Positions 1-9,430 are shown, counted from the stretch's first letter. The stretch: 37,191 nucleotides of DNA from a virus (IMGVR_UViG_3300037047_000120:1-37191), one strand, 5' to 3'. Numbers and translations: made by a program. Notes: generated from the sequence alone by a model not told the origin.

Positions 1-127
1 GGCGTCCCCGGAGCATTGCTCCCTGAAAACATAACACCCCCGATCACCTTCCACGTCACCATAACAAGGCGCCCCTATACCTTCCTCAAGAATTAATTTC
101 CTTCATCAACACCTTCCCATTTAAACT
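1..127 (+). repeat. Terminal direct repeat (identical to 37065-37191), probable assembly overlap
   Basis: Exact match read by eye, GGCGTCCCCGG...CCATTTAAACT; 127 is a common assembler k-mer; the integrase and peptidase ORFs run through it. Confidence 0.93.
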
Positions 128-928
128 GATGCACACCCAATGAGTCTTAATATGTGGCCCCCAAATGGATCCATCGGATCTCATAACTGCATCACCCGAA
201 AGGATGATCGTTTCTCCATTCGGGATATCCCCAACATCCATGGATTGTGTTGACGGATCCGGATATCGATCATTTACAAAATCACCAATAGGACTTAACT
301 TTGTCCCGGCCTTTGGCAATTCTTGCCCCCCTTCCTGAAGGCTGCTTGCGCTCTGGATGTTTTCTCCAGAGGGGATTGAGGGGGATTCACTTCCTTGCGC
401 CGGGTTTCCCGTGGACCCAAACACCACAATCCCATAAATTGCCTCGGCTGCTGTCTTCCCCTTCCCAAACCGTCCCAGCAATGTGACTGCCCCAGTATTC
501 TCATTCAATGGCCACGGGTCCAGGATCAGGTAATCATCTCCCGCCTGGCGCTCCAGTACAACCCAGTGATCCTGCACTCCAGACATTTCTGGATCATAAT
601 CCACCAACGCTACAACGATCCTTCCGGCGGCAATATAAGCATTGATCTTCTCGATCGGCGCGGCCACGGTCGGACAGTCTACCCGGTCAATATATTGCAT
701 TCCTGGAACTGCCGCCGATAATACGGAAAGTCCTATCCATGAGCCATAGAAACCGCCGTCCGTTGCTTTGAATTTCTCGTTTATAGTGGCTGGCGTTTCG
801 GAATAACCTTTAGCCTGGCAAGCCATCGCCAGGCATGTCAATAAACACCCGGCGCTGCCTATCGTTTCTTTTCCATGGCCAAGTAGAAAATTTTTCCAGC
901 GTGCGTCCTGCTGTGAAAACCGAATCAT
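86..928 (-). CDS. Peptidase C39-like (papain-fold) protein with probable C-terminal SH3-like cell-wall-binding region; putative endolysin
   Basis: FSQQD, TIGSAGCLLTCLAM (Cys), QDHWVVL (His), ILDPW (Asp); ATG at 928 with AAGGGAGAG RBS; last gene of the late operon. Confidence 0.7.
   Translation of the reverse strand: MIRFSQQDARWKNFLLGHGKETIGSAGCLLTCLAMACQAKGYSETPATINEKFKATDGGFYGSWIGLSVLSAAVPGMQYIDRVDCPTVAAPIEKINAYIAAGRIVVALVDYDPEMSGVQDHWVVLERQAGDDYLILDPWPLNENTGAVTLLGRFGKGKTAAEAIYGIVVFGSTGNPAQGSESPSIPSGENIQSASSLQEGGQELPKAGTKLSPIGDFVNDRYPDPSTQSMDVGDIPNGETIILSGDAVMRSDGSIWGPHIKTHWVCISLNGKVLMKEINS
326..387 (+). repeat. REP-like element, family A (C-run/G-run/G-tail) with a hairpin in its loop, in-frame in the peptidase linker
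   Basis: CCCCCCTTCCTGAAG..CTCTGGA-TGTTTTC-TCCAGAG-GGGATTGAGGGGGATT; encodes ESPSIPSGENIQSASSLQEGG. Confidence 0.7.
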
Positions 929-962
929 AATCTCTCCCTTCAGAGCCAAGGCTAGTCTCTAT

Positions 963-1661
963 TTAGAACCATATGGCTCTCGGTCTATAAGAAGGTGTAG
1001 ATGCTTCTCCATACGCAGAAGATTGTGGAGTAAAATTACCTGTCCATCTTGCTATCCCTTTACTGTATCGAAATTCATCAATCCACCCATTGAAAAACAA
1101 ATCGTTATAATCGCCATATCTACCTATTGTGAAATTACCTGTAACGTTTTTTATTGTTACGCCAGTTAAATTTGCTGTCCCGACAGATGTTCCGTCTAAA
1201 TATAGTGTTGCGGTATTTCCGTAACGGACTAATGCAATATGGTGAAAGGATGTAGTATCTGTAAGAGTAGATGAAGAAGTAATTTCATATGCACTTCCAG
1301 ATGAACGCATAATTACATATATTGCATTTCCTGACGAAAATTCAAGAGAAAAACTTACACCCGCTCCACCGTCCGACTGCATACATAACCCCATACGGGC
1401 ATTTATAGAAGCGCGTTTCACCCAAAAATCAACGGTAAAATCTCCACCTTCCGGGCACCAATCATCATTATCAGGGGTATTGATATAATCACCGTTGCCA
1501 TCAAACAACCCGGATGCTGTACCAAATTTTTTACTTGCAGTATCTAATTCAGCATTTCCGTATCTAGTCCAAGATTTACCGCTTTCGTCAGTGAACGTGG
1601 TTGAACCATCCGAACCGTCAAAATGCAATAATGATTTGGTGTAACTGTCGTCTACTGCCAT
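963..1661 (-). CDS. LamG/concanavalin A-like lectin domain virion protein
   Basis: LLHFDGSDGSTTFTD, DFTVDFWVK, HHIALVR, FNGWIDEFRYSKG motifs; AT-rich segment. Confidence 0.85.
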   Translation of the reverse strand: MAVDDSYTKSLLHFDGSDGSTTFTDESGKSWTRYGNAELDTASKKFGTASGLFDGNGDYINTPDNDDWCPEGGDFTVDFWVKRASINARMGLCMQSDGGAGVSFSLEFSSGNAIYVIMRSSGSAYEITSSSTLTDTTSFHHIALVRYGNTATLYLDGTSVGTANLTGVTIKNVTGNFTIGRYGDYNDLFFNGWIDEFRYSKGIARWTGNFTPQSSAYGEASTPSYRPRAIWF

Positions 1662-1671
1662 CTTATAATCC

Positions 1672-1938
1672 TCATGAAATTACAATATCCTTTGCAACTT
1701 TCTCTAATGCTGTTGCCCTTACTGCTTCAATCGCTTTTTGAACCTCATCATTTTTTACATCTTGTAGTATTTGCTCTGATAATTTTCGTTTTATAAAATC
1801 GATTTTCTTTTCAGGATTAGTGACTAATTCAGATGTGCCATCAAGTACAACTTGTTCTTGGTAACCTCTTTGGTTGCAAAATCCATCAATGACGCGTTTC
1901 GCTATTTCATCAGGTATAGTCAATGTAATAGATGCCAT
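1672..1938 (-). CDS. Hypothetical tail-region protein
   Basis: 88-aa ORF with GGAG RBS, tightly packed in the operon. Confidence 0.65.
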   Translation of the reverse strand: MASITLTIPDEIAKRVIDGFCNQRGYQEQVVLDGTSELVTNPEKKIDFIKRKLSEQILQDVKNDEVQKAIEAVRATALEKVAKDIVIS

Positions 1939-1947
1939 ATTTTCTCC

Positions 1948-3135
1948 TTACGGTAATTGATATTCCAAAACTGCCAATAAACCCTTCGGCTTTGTGGTTG
2001 ATTGCGCTGTTACATAAATCTTGATAAGGTCATCCGTTGCTACGTCATCGTAGGAAGTATTCACTGTTCCAGCGGTGCCGACTGTATTTCCACTTGCAAT
2101 GCTTATTGCTGTTGACAACGCGTCATTACTCGCATATTTGGTCATATTTCTGACCTGTACTGTAGTCGCGTTAGTCGTTCCGGCTGTATTTGTGAACGCC
2201 TGCGCTCTAATAAGGTTCATCCCGTTCATAGCCTGAGGAATCCGGGCAAAGTACACGCCGGATGTTGTATCAACATCCGTCGCAGGTTCGACGATTTGAA
2301 CCTCAAATCCCTTGACCCCAAAAATAAGTGATCCTGCCAGAGCATCCGGTGAAATCGCCCGCCCTGCATCTGTTCCTGTATTGATCTCAGCCGATGTCGC
2401 CAATTCAACAATACCCAATGCTGTATCGCTAGCCACCTTGGCCTGTAGTCCTGCCGGGGTCACTACCCTTCCAGTATCCGTTCCTGTAATCGTTTCAGCA
2501 CTTGTAGCCAGTTCTACAATTCCCAGGGCGGTATCACTCGCTGTTTTCGCGTGAAGCCCCGCCGGGGTGACTGCTCTGGCAGAATCTGAACCCGTTATGG
2601 TTTCGGCGCTGGTTGCCAGCTCAACCTTCCCCTTTACCGTTGTGCTGCTATCCGACACCCAGGTATCCAGTTTCCCAGACCCATCCGCGATCGGTATCTT
2701 ACTGGCAGTCGCCGTTGAGGTCGCGTTTGCGGGATCCTGAACCACTTTGGAAGATCCGTCCAGAGAAGCCAGCCCGGATGCCGCCGCTTTTCCCAAAATA
2801 GTCAATACTTCTGCCAGGGTTTTCTTTAGCCAGACACCTGAAACCTGCCCTACCAGAAAGTCGCTTACTGCGGTCGAAACGGGAATCCGTGAAAGTAAAT
2901 TCGCTGGAGTGATCGCCCTGGCTGTATCGGACCCGGTCAGCGTTTCCGCGTCCGTTGCGATTTCAATAATCCCTTTCGCTGATGTACTGGCATCAACAAT
3001 TCCAAGGGATGAAGCCAGGTTAGCCACCGTAGTTTTTTTCGTGAGTTGTGATCCACTCGGGTCGTTCTCAAAGGGGATAATATCCGTTGAAACCGGGGTA
3101 CCATCTGTCAATTGATTAAATCGGATTTCTGCCAT
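1948..3135 (-). CDS. Tail fibre protein with phage tail-fibre repeats
   Basis: Four copies of (A/S)SxTxxG(I/K)(V/I)E(L/I)ATxAExxTG; three in tandem at 36-aa (108-bp) period. Confidence 0.8.
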   Translation of the reverse strand: MAEIRFNQLTDGTPVSTDIIPFENDPSGSQLTKKTTVANLASSLGIVDASTSAKGIIEIATDAETLTGSDTARAITPANLLSRIPVSTAVSDFLVGQVSGVWLKKTLAEVLTILGKAAASGLASLDGSSKVVQDPANATSTATASKIPIADGSGKLDTWVSDSSTTVKGKVELATSAETITGSDSARAVTPAGLHAKTASDTALGIVELATSAETITGTDTGRVVTPAGLQAKVASDTALGIVELATSAEINTGTDAGRAISPDALAGSLIFGVKGFEVQIVEPATDVDTTSGVYFARIPQAMNGMNLIRAQAFTNTAGTTNATTVQVRNMTKYASNDALSTAISIASGNTVGTAGTVNTSYDDVATDDLIKIYVTAQSTTKPKGLLAVLEYQLP

Positions 3136-3146
3136 TATTTAACCTT

Positions 3147-3608
3147 TCAAGATGCTTCTATCGCCATCCAGGGTAAATCGATAATTGGAGAGTTCATAGT
3201 TGTTGCGGTCCAAGTTACCTCAACGCTTGTTTTAGTCAAAGAACTATATTGAAAATGAGAAACTCCCGCATAACTACCAGAAATCAACGTCATTCCACCA
3301 ATCAAAAAAATTGGTGCCTCTGTAAAAGCGACAGGAAACGTAATTGTGAATACTACTGGATTGACCCCACCCCAAGAAGTTCTATAAACTCCAACCTGAG
3401 TTTTACTAGAGGTCGGTGTGTAATTAGTAGTACCGCCTGTAGCATTAACCGTTGAACTCCCTCCTTGCCTTCTAAAAATCAATGGCTGTGCCAGCAGGGC
3501 ATCAATTTGTGATTTCAGCCAGATTATTGAATTGACTACTTTTATTCCAAAATTCGCACTACTGATCACCGTTCCGGTTGTTGGTACCTCGGGTTCCTGA
3601 TATGCCAT
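3147..3608 (-). CDS. Small tail fibre/baseplate protein, gp53-like C-terminal beta domain
   Basis: TITFPVAFTEAP and WMAI motifs; position after the tail tip gene. Confidence 0.6.
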   Translation of the reverse strand: MAYQEPEVPTTGTVISSANFGIKVVNSIIWLKSQIDALLAQPLIFRRQGGSSTVNATGGTTNYTPTSSKTQVGVYRTSWGGVNPVVFTITFPVAFTEAPIFLIGGMTLISGSYAGVSHFQYSSLTKTSVEVTWTATTMNSPIIDLPWMAIEAS

Positions 3609-3617
3609 AACTACCTC

Positions 3618-5252
3618 CTATAACGCCCAGATTGCGTCTACAGCATCCCACTCTGCCGTATCCCACTTTGATAAAACAAAGGTATCAAAACCTGCATTTC
3701 GTAAATGCCACGTGAAACGGATAAACCCGCCCGGACTAATCACATACTCCACCCCGTTCACAAAATAATCTGCAATTGTTCCAGATACTTCCTCACTAAT
3801 CCTCACTCTGTTACCAGGCTCAATAGACATGAAAGAATTCATTAACAAGGATGATCTGTTCGCGTAAAACGAAACCTTATCGGGGATTGTCCTGGCATCT
3901 TTTAATTGATCAAGGATGACAGTTGCAATACCAACAATTGCTGTAGGATCATCCTGATATTTCTGATCCAGAGTTAATTGGGTGGGTCCGACCAGTGCAA
4001 TGCTCGTTGAATCCTCGGCTATATAATCTACTGGATCTCCCGTAAATATCGCCCTTCCCACAGCCCGCAAATAGGTAACATAACCGATTGCTCCGTTCGC
4101 GTTTTCCAGTGTATAGGTCACCTCAGAAGCACCATAAACTGGTGTGACTGCCAAATCCGCGGTTATGTTTGTTCCTGATCCATTCCTGGCAGTGTTCATC
4201 AAGTAATCGGTCGTGGCAACTGGCGCTGCCATATCCATCCCTGCAACCTTGTCATATAAACCAGACGGATCCTTATATTTACCTGTAAAAGTTACTGATC
4301 CATTCGCTGGTATTTCAATTGGTGAAGCCAGAACAAACAGATCTGTGTCAGCATCAGCACCAACGATCCTGGGATAGGCCGTGCATTTGATCCGGTTATA
4401 GAGTAATTTCCCATATGGGGCGTTCAGATCAAACATGGAATTGTCATAAATAGCCTCAACCGTTCCATAAGAATTGGCTACCAGAAAATCCCCATCCTCC
4501 GTCACCAGCCTGTTTCCGTTTTCATCCACAAGATAATCTGTTACGGCTGCGCTTGGTAATACAGTTAGATCTGTTGTGTCTGTTCTGGTGTATCTTCCTT
4601 CCACCCGTAAGACTTCTGGCAGCACATCAGTTCTCGTTATGTAGATAAACCCTAATTCTGAAATGGCAACTTTTGCAAACTCAGACAATGCTCTCGTTGT
4701 TGACTTTACTGTGTCAAACACGGATCCGAATTCTTCAAAACCAGTCTCGTAATCTGTATTCAGTGGTTGCCGGACCATGTTTCCCAGGATCAAAGCAACC
4801 ACTTCCCCGATATCTTTATTCTGTGCAAATGCGGGAGAGATCAGTTCATGGATCATTGCCTGATACATCCAATCCATAACTTTGACTTTTGTAATTCGCC
4901 TTGAATACCTCCCCGACGTAGGCTCAATTCCATCGGCGGGAATTGTCCCCTGAAATTTAACCTTATCCAATCCGAGATAACTGACAAACAACCGGATCTC
5001 CAACCCAATATCAAAACCAGCCCTGGCATTGGAATGACCCGGCGTATAGTAACCAACCAGTCCTGCGGAGTTTGTCTCACTATTATTAAGCGTAAATTCT
5101 AATTTCCCCGGATCACCCACCCGATCCAGTGGACCGCCTCCCAGTATCCCGCCTGAGCCGTTGATTTCCCCTATGACATCTGGCGTGATATCCGTCCAGT
5201 TGGTTCCATCCAACTTGGCTTCAACGGCATACGCACAGTAAAAAGCCGTCAT
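3618..5252 (-). CDS. Tail tip/hub protein
   Basis: Directly follows tape measure; WTDIT N-terminus; IEPGNRVRI and YFVNGVEY hub-type C-terminus. Confidence 0.65.
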   Translation of the reverse strand: MTAFYCAYAVEAKLDGTNWTDITPDVIGEINGSGGILGGGPLDRVGDPGKLEFTLNNSETNSAGLVGYYTPGHSNARAGFDIGLEIRLFVSYLGLDKVKFQGTIPADGIEPTSGRYSRRITKVKVMDWMYQAMIHELISPAFAQNKDIGEVVALILGNMVRQPLNTDYETGFEEFGSVFDTVKSTTRALSEFAKVAISELGFIYITRTDVLPEVLRVEGRYTRTDTTDLTVLPSAAVTDYLVDENGNRLVTEDGDFLVANSYGTVEAIYDNSMFDLNAPYGKLLYNRIKCTAYPRIVGADADTDLFVLASPIEIPANGSVTFTGKYKDPSGLYDKVAGMDMAAPVATTDYLMNTARNGSGTNITADLAVTPVYGASEVTYTLENANGAIGYVTYLRAVGRAIFTGDPVDYIAEDSTSIALVGPTQLTLDQKYQDDPTAIVGIATVILDQLKDARTIPDKVSFYANRSSLLMNSFMSIEPGNRVRISEEVSGTIADYFVNGVEYVISPGGFIRFTWHLRNAGFDTFVLSKWDTAEWDAVDAIWAL

Positions 5253-6784
5253 CAGTTAGCCAATCCCATTTGCATGAACGCTACGGCTACCGCTTTCCCG
5301 ATCTCCGTCGCCGTTGGCCCGCTGTAATCTGTTCCAGGTACTGCTGAAGAGTTGTCGCTGGTGCTGGAGATATTCGCCGCGATAGATCCAGCTGCGCCAG
5401 GGTTTAGGTCCAATTCTGCGTTGAATTTGGGCAGCTGTGTCTTGGATAGACTGGCCATCTCCTTTGATATCCCGCGCAAACCCATTTCAAACGGTGTCGG
5501 GCTTCCAGGGGTCAACCAATCTGGCAACCGCAATCCCAAAAGTTGGTTTTGCAAATGCATAACCCAGTCCAGAGCGCCCTGCATTGCCCTGGCAATCCCG
5601 GAAAATGCGCCTCCCAGGCTATCCACCCACCAGATCGCTTTCTGAAAACCGGCCGCGATAATATCCCGTACCATTGTGATCGTGTTCACGGCACTTGCCC
5701 CAAATTTATCCCATGTGACCTTCAGTAATAAAACCGCGCCGATCAATAGCAGGAATGGTGCTCCGATGGCAGTGACGATCGCTGCAAGCGCAGGAAAGAC
5801 AGTTCCACTGAGGAAAGTGCCAACAGCCGCAAGGGCGGTTCCGCCAGCACCAGCTGCGCCGAAAAAGGTGATCAGTGTTCCAATCGCCGAAACCACTGTA
5901 CCAATAATCGTGATCAGAGGACCGATCGCGGCAAATATACCTCCAACAATTAAGATGGTTTTCTGCCCGGCTGGATCCATGTCAATAAACCCCTGGATGA
6001 TCGGCAATAAAGCCTTCATAAATTCAATCAGGATTGGCATAAGGATTACCCCAAATTCTTCGCTGAGGTTACCCAGTTGGTTTTGCATAATTGCCAGCTG
6101 TCCGGCTGTTGTCGATCCAGCTGCTTCAGCCAGACCACCAAACTCCTTATTTAGTTCAGCAATGATCACAGACTGCGCACCGGCTGTATTCCCGGTATCC
6201 ATAAGTGCTTTGATCATGGCTTGTTGTTCTTCCGAGAATGTGACACCAACCCGGCTAAGTGCTCCCACACCGGCGATCGGATCATTTAGAGCCTTGCCCA
6301 ACTGAGTACTTGCACTATCCATACTGCCAAATTTCTCGGCCATATTGAGCATCGCCGTTGAAGCTTCAGGGAAAACATCCTTTCCAATATTGGTGAAGGT
6401 TAAAAGCATTGATTGCCCGGAGAGGATGGCTTCATCATCAAACTTGGTGACCTGACTCATAGCGTTGGCGTACTCGATCAATGATTCCTTGGTGACACCA
6501 GCCGCTCCTCCGGTGGATTTCAAAACCGCCTCCACTTCAGCCATAACGGCTTCACTATCCATAGCTGCTTTGACCGCCAGTCCCATCCCGGTGACGATCG
6601 GGGTTGTTACTCCCAATGTCATCGCTCCCCCTACCTTCTGCATGGATCCACCAATTTTTGATAGACTGGCGCCCATCTGGCTAGCGGATTTGGAAGTTTT
6701 ACTCTCGGCGTCATTTAGCCCTTTGGCAAACTCTGCCGAATCCATCGCCAGTTTGATTAATAGGGACATCAACGTATTAGCCAT
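5252..6784 (-). CDS. Tape measure protein
   Basis: Ala/Gly-rich helical protein; LGKALNDPIAGVGALSRVG; hydrophobic C-terminal half; PGSPTP motif; follows the chaperone genes. Confidence 0.92.
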   Translation of the reverse strand: MANTLMSLLIKLAMDSAEFAKGLNDAESKTSKSASQMGASLSKIGGSMQKVGGAMTLGVTTPIVTGMGLAVKAAMDSEAVMAEVEAVLKSTGGAAGVTKESLIEYANAMSQVTKFDDEAILSGQSMLLTFTNIGKDVFPEASTAMLNMAEKFGSMDSASTQLGKALNDPIAGVGALSRVGVTFSEEQQAMIKALMDTGNTAGAQSVIIAELNKEFGGLAEAAGSTTAGQLAIMQNQLGNLSEEFGVILMPILIEFMKALLPIIQGFIDMDPAGQKTILIVGGIFAAIGPLITIIGTVVSAIGTLITFFGAAGAGGTALAAVGTFLSGTVFPALAAIVTAIGAPFLLLIGAVLLLKVTWDKFGASAVNTITMVRDIIAAGFQKAIWWVDSLGGAFSGIARAMQGALDWVMHLQNQLLGLRLPDWLTPGSPTPFEMGLRGISKEMASLSKTQLPKFNAELDLNPGAAGSIAANISSTSDNSSAVPGTDYSGPTATEIGKAVAVAFMQMGLAN

Positions 6785-6823
6785 AACTCACCAATTCTCT
6801 GGGTCCACTACATTGCTTCTTTG

Positions 6824-6862
6824 CCCCCCATCCGCGAAGCGGATAAGGGGGGTTGGGGGGAT
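6824..6862 (+). repeat. REP-like element, family A, intergenic
   Basis: CCCCCCA-TCCGC-GAA-GCGGA-TAAGGGGGG-TTGGGGGGAT. Confidence 0.75.
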
Positions 6863-6867
6863 AGGTT

Positions 6868-7197
6868 TCAATCATCTTCATCCTCCAGATCAGGAATGGA
6901 AGGCTCATCCGATCGCATATCCTGTCCTCCCAGACTGGCTGTAACTATGGCGGCAATTTGAACCATCTGATCAATACTCTGTTCTTTTTTCTCAAACTTA
7001 GGCATGAAATCCTCAACCTTGTATGGCTTCTGCCCTTTACCCCGGTTCACATTTGCAACCGTTGATGCCGTGATCGCGTCTCCCAGGTAATCCGCATCTC
7101 CGCCAAACGGTTCCAGATTATGGAAGGCTGCCCACTCAGTCAGTTCTGCGCTCGACATCCTTTCAAGCATTTCTGCCCGCGGTAACCCCAGCGCCAT
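6868..7197 (-). CDS. Tail assembly chaperone C-terminal part (gpT-like), probably made as a -1 frameshift fusion
   Basis: The -1 frame reads PFRRFTFRLAMALG..MSSAELTEWAAF and is open from 7260. Confidence 0.8.
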   Translation of the reverse strand: MALGLPRAEMLERMSSAELTEWAAFHNLEPFGGDADYLGDAITASTVANVNRGKGQKPYKVEDFMPKFEKKEQSIDQMVQIAAIVTASLGGQDMRSDEPSIPDLEDEDD

Positions 7198-7199
7198 GG

Positions 7200-7622
7200 C
7201 TAATCGGAAGGTGAACCTTCGAAAGGGCTTTCTTTGAGACCTTCTGCCAGCTCCTCCACATCATCGTCACCAATCCCGGAAAGGCGCTGCGCAACTGCGA
7301 AAACCTTTTGAAGTGCAGCCGCGCTTTTTTGAGACAGGGACTGCACGTCCGCTTCGGTGAAAATCCTTTTGCCGTTCTCATCGCAGACAGAAAGTGATAC
7401 CAGCTTGGCTCGAATATTGGCCATATTCACAGATTGGGTTTTACCGTTCTTCCCGGATCTTTCGATCATGGAAGATTCAAATTTGTCCCTTTCAGCCCCG
7501 GTCATCCCTTTGACATAGACATCCCCGCCCCATTCCGGAACGGAGACCAGCTCCTTTTGAATATCCGACGCCCTGAGGATATCCTCCCGTTTTAGAACCT
7601 TAATTTCACCTATTTGCGACAT
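7200..7622 (-). CDS. Tail assembly chaperone (gpG-like)
   Basis: VPEWGGDVYVKGMTGAERDKFE and DENGKRIF motifs; lies between tail tube and tape measure. Confidence 0.85.
   Translation of the reverse strand: MSQIGEIKVLKREDILRASDIQKELVSVPEWGGDVYVKGMTGAERDKFESSMIERSGKNGKTQSVNMANIRAKLVSLSVCDENGKRIFTEADVQSLSQKSAAALQKVFAVAQRLSGIGDDDVEELAEGLKESPFEGSPSD
7221..7227 (-). promoter_or_regulatory. Programmed -1 ribosomal frameshift slippery heptamer C CCU UUC
   Basis: X XXY YYZ pattern in the correct phase (agC CCT TTC), 7 codons before the gpG stop. Confidence 0.75.
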
Positions 7623-7656
7623 AATCTTCCTTTCTTTTCATCGTTCCCATTTCTTT

Positions 7657-7733
7657 TCCCCTCTACATTCGACAATGAATGGGGAGGGGTCGGGGAGGGG
7701 TTGGGGAGGGGCTAAACAAGGGCGTGCCCTTGT
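7657..7733 (+). repeat. Composite REP-like element with tandem GGGGAGGGG units plus ACAAGGGC-GT-GCCCTTGT hairpin
   Basis: Read directly; shorter paralogous copy at 8193-8245. Confidence 0.75.
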
Positions 7734-7737
7734 CGTA

Positions 7738-8148
7738 TTAAACAAGGGTCGGCTGCCCGGTTATTTTCATCTTCACGCTGGCAGTCAATGCTCCATCAAC
7801 CGGCATCGCCGGTTCAAATCCAGTCACTAGCGCATCAAATGACCAGGTAGTATGTCCCACATCTGGAAAAACAATCGAAAATGTGGTCGCGGCTCGTGCC
7901 ACCAGGTCACCAATCAAACCCGCGGCTGCGTTCTTGTGCGTGGCATTGGCCGGATCATAAACAATATCCAGGGTGATTTCACCGCTGCGCAAAATCGTAC
8001 CTACAACTTCTTCCCAGCCGCCCGTACTATCATGACTGGTTACATCTTCCGTATCCAGGCTCAAACCCGGTCCGGCGATATTTGAAACCTGTGCGATCGC
8101 TGTTGATCCTCTTTTGATCACAGTACCAAATGCTGCATTTTTTGCCAT
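7738..8148 (-). CDS. Major tail (tube) protein, short paralogue
   Basis: SNIAGPGLSLDTEDVTSHDS..GEITLDIVYDP..VKMKITGQPTLV, lambda gpV-like. Confidence 0.88.
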   Translation of the reverse strand: MAKNAAFGTVIKRGSTAIAQVSNIAGPGLSLDTEDVTSHDSTGGWEEVVGTILRSGEITLDIVYDPANATHKNAAAGLIGDLVARAATTFSIVFPDVGHTTWSFDALVTGFEPAMPVDGALTASVKMKITGQPTLV

Positions 8149-8192
8149 TTATTACCTCTCTTTCTTCTGTCCCTATCGGTGGATAATTTCTA

Positions 8193-8245
8193 CCCTCACC
8201 ATTCGATTTTGAATGGGGAGGGGCTAAACAAGGGCCTGCCCTTGT
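8193..8245 (+). repeat. Composite REP-like element, paralogue of 7657-7733
   Basis: CCCTCACCATTC-GATTTT-GAATGGGGAGGGG followed by ACAAGGGC-CT-GCCCTTGT. Confidence 0.7.
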
Positions 8246-8249
8246 TGTC

Positions 8250-9017
8250 TTAAACAAGGGTCGGCTGCCCGGATATTTTCATCTTCACTGCCGCGGTTAG
8301 AGCTCCATCAACAGGTGCACTGGGCTCGCACCCGGTGACATACGCTGCGAACGCCCATTCGGTATTTGCGGTGTCCGGAAAGATAATTTTGAAGTTTGTA
8401 AGGAGTTTGTTTTCCATCTTGAAAACCAATCCGCTGGAACTGTTATGCGTTGCGGCTACCGGATCCAAAACAACATCCAGACTGATTTCTCCGCTGCGTA
8501 AGATGGTCGGAACGACATCCTCCCAACCAGCGGTGCTGTCATGCGTGGTCACGTCTTCCGTATCCAATCCCAGAGATGGACCCCCGATATTGGTGATACT
8601 GCCAATAGCCGTGAAAACCTCCGAGGCCCCACCTGCAGTTGTATCCGCGCTGGTCGCCCCTGGGGTCAAACCTGCGCAGGTATCGTTGGTATACGCAATA
8701 TTCAAGTTGGCTATATTGGCAGCCGCGATCTTACGGGTCAACGTGACAGTCGCCCCTACGCCTCCAACGAAGAACATCGCCGCCACTGCGGCATTGGCTT
8801 CCAATGCTGCGATTGCTTTCTTTGCAACCTGCTCGGGAGTGTCATCATCCAGAACTGCAACAGAAATTGCCAGCGGACTCCCTGCCAGTCCAGTCGCAGT
8901 TATAGTGAATGTGGCATTCCCTGATGTTGTGATTGTCCCGACAATGCTTGCTGTTTCTACCTGCAGGGTTCCGTTCCCCATTTGTAGCTGAGTTCCGAAC
9001 GCGGAATCTTTTGCCAT
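8250..9017 (-). CDS. Major tail (tube) protein, long paralogue with ~120-aa inserted domain
   Basis: Same N-terminus (MAKxxAFGT) and C-terminal core as 7738-8148, plus an internal insertion. Confidence 0.85.
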   Translation of the reverse strand: MAKDSAFGTQLQMGNGTLQVETASIVGTITTSGNATFTITATGLAGSPLAISVAVLDDDTPEQVAKKAIAALEANAAVAAMFFVGGVGATVTLTRKIAAANIANLNIAYTNDTCAGLTPGATSADTTAGGASEVFTAIGSITNIGGPSLGLDTEDVTTHDSTAGWEDVVPTILRSGEISLDVVLDPVAATHNSSSGLVFKMENKLLTNFKIIFPDTANTEWAFAAYVTGCEPSAPVDGALTAAVKMKISGQPTLV

Positions 9018-9430
9018 TATTCCTCTTGCCAGATTATGAAATCGCTCTGACTGCGATACATATTGAGAGTTTCATCTTTGGTTGGGTTTTCACCATCCAC
9101 CAGAGCAGCCCTGATCGTCACGATGTTTGCCCCGCTTCCAATACTGCCCGTTTTTCCATTCAATGCCGCTCGCAGTTGATCAGTAATTGCCTTGGCTGCG
9201 GCATACGTGACTGCCCAGGCATCAAACTGAATTCGAGGGTGCGCCAGAGTACCTGTTCCACCGCTCATATCGTGGGTATGGATGCGAGGGGTGTCAACTC
9301 TTTGGAATGTCACACATGGATACGACACTCCCTGCGGTTTATCCAGCACATATACACGTGTGCTGATCAAAGCCGTCAACCCGGCATACCCGCTTAGATA
9401 ACTGACTAATCCCTCTTCAAGTGTTGGCAT
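9017..9430 (-). CDS. Tail terminator/completion protein (DUF3168-like)
   Basis: LTALISTRVY, YPCVTF, RIQFDAWA, LRAALNG; synteny. Confidence 0.82.
   Translation of the reverse strand: MPTLEEGLVSYLSGYAGLTALISTRVYVLDKPQGVSYPCVTFQRVDTPRIHTHDMSGGTGTLAHPRIQFDAWAVTYAAAKAITDQLRAALNGKTGSIGSGANIVTIRAALVDGENPTKDETLNMYRSQSDFIIWQEE

Noticed and set aside
1-127. Biological direct terminal repeat
   Set aside because: The length matches a common assembler k-mer, and the repeat cuts through two ORFs and the attP candidate; better explained as circular overlap.
963-9017. Diversity-generating retroelement or invertible tail-fibre cassette
   Set aside because: No reverse transcriptase, no adenine-specific TR/VR pair, and no inverted fibre segments seen.
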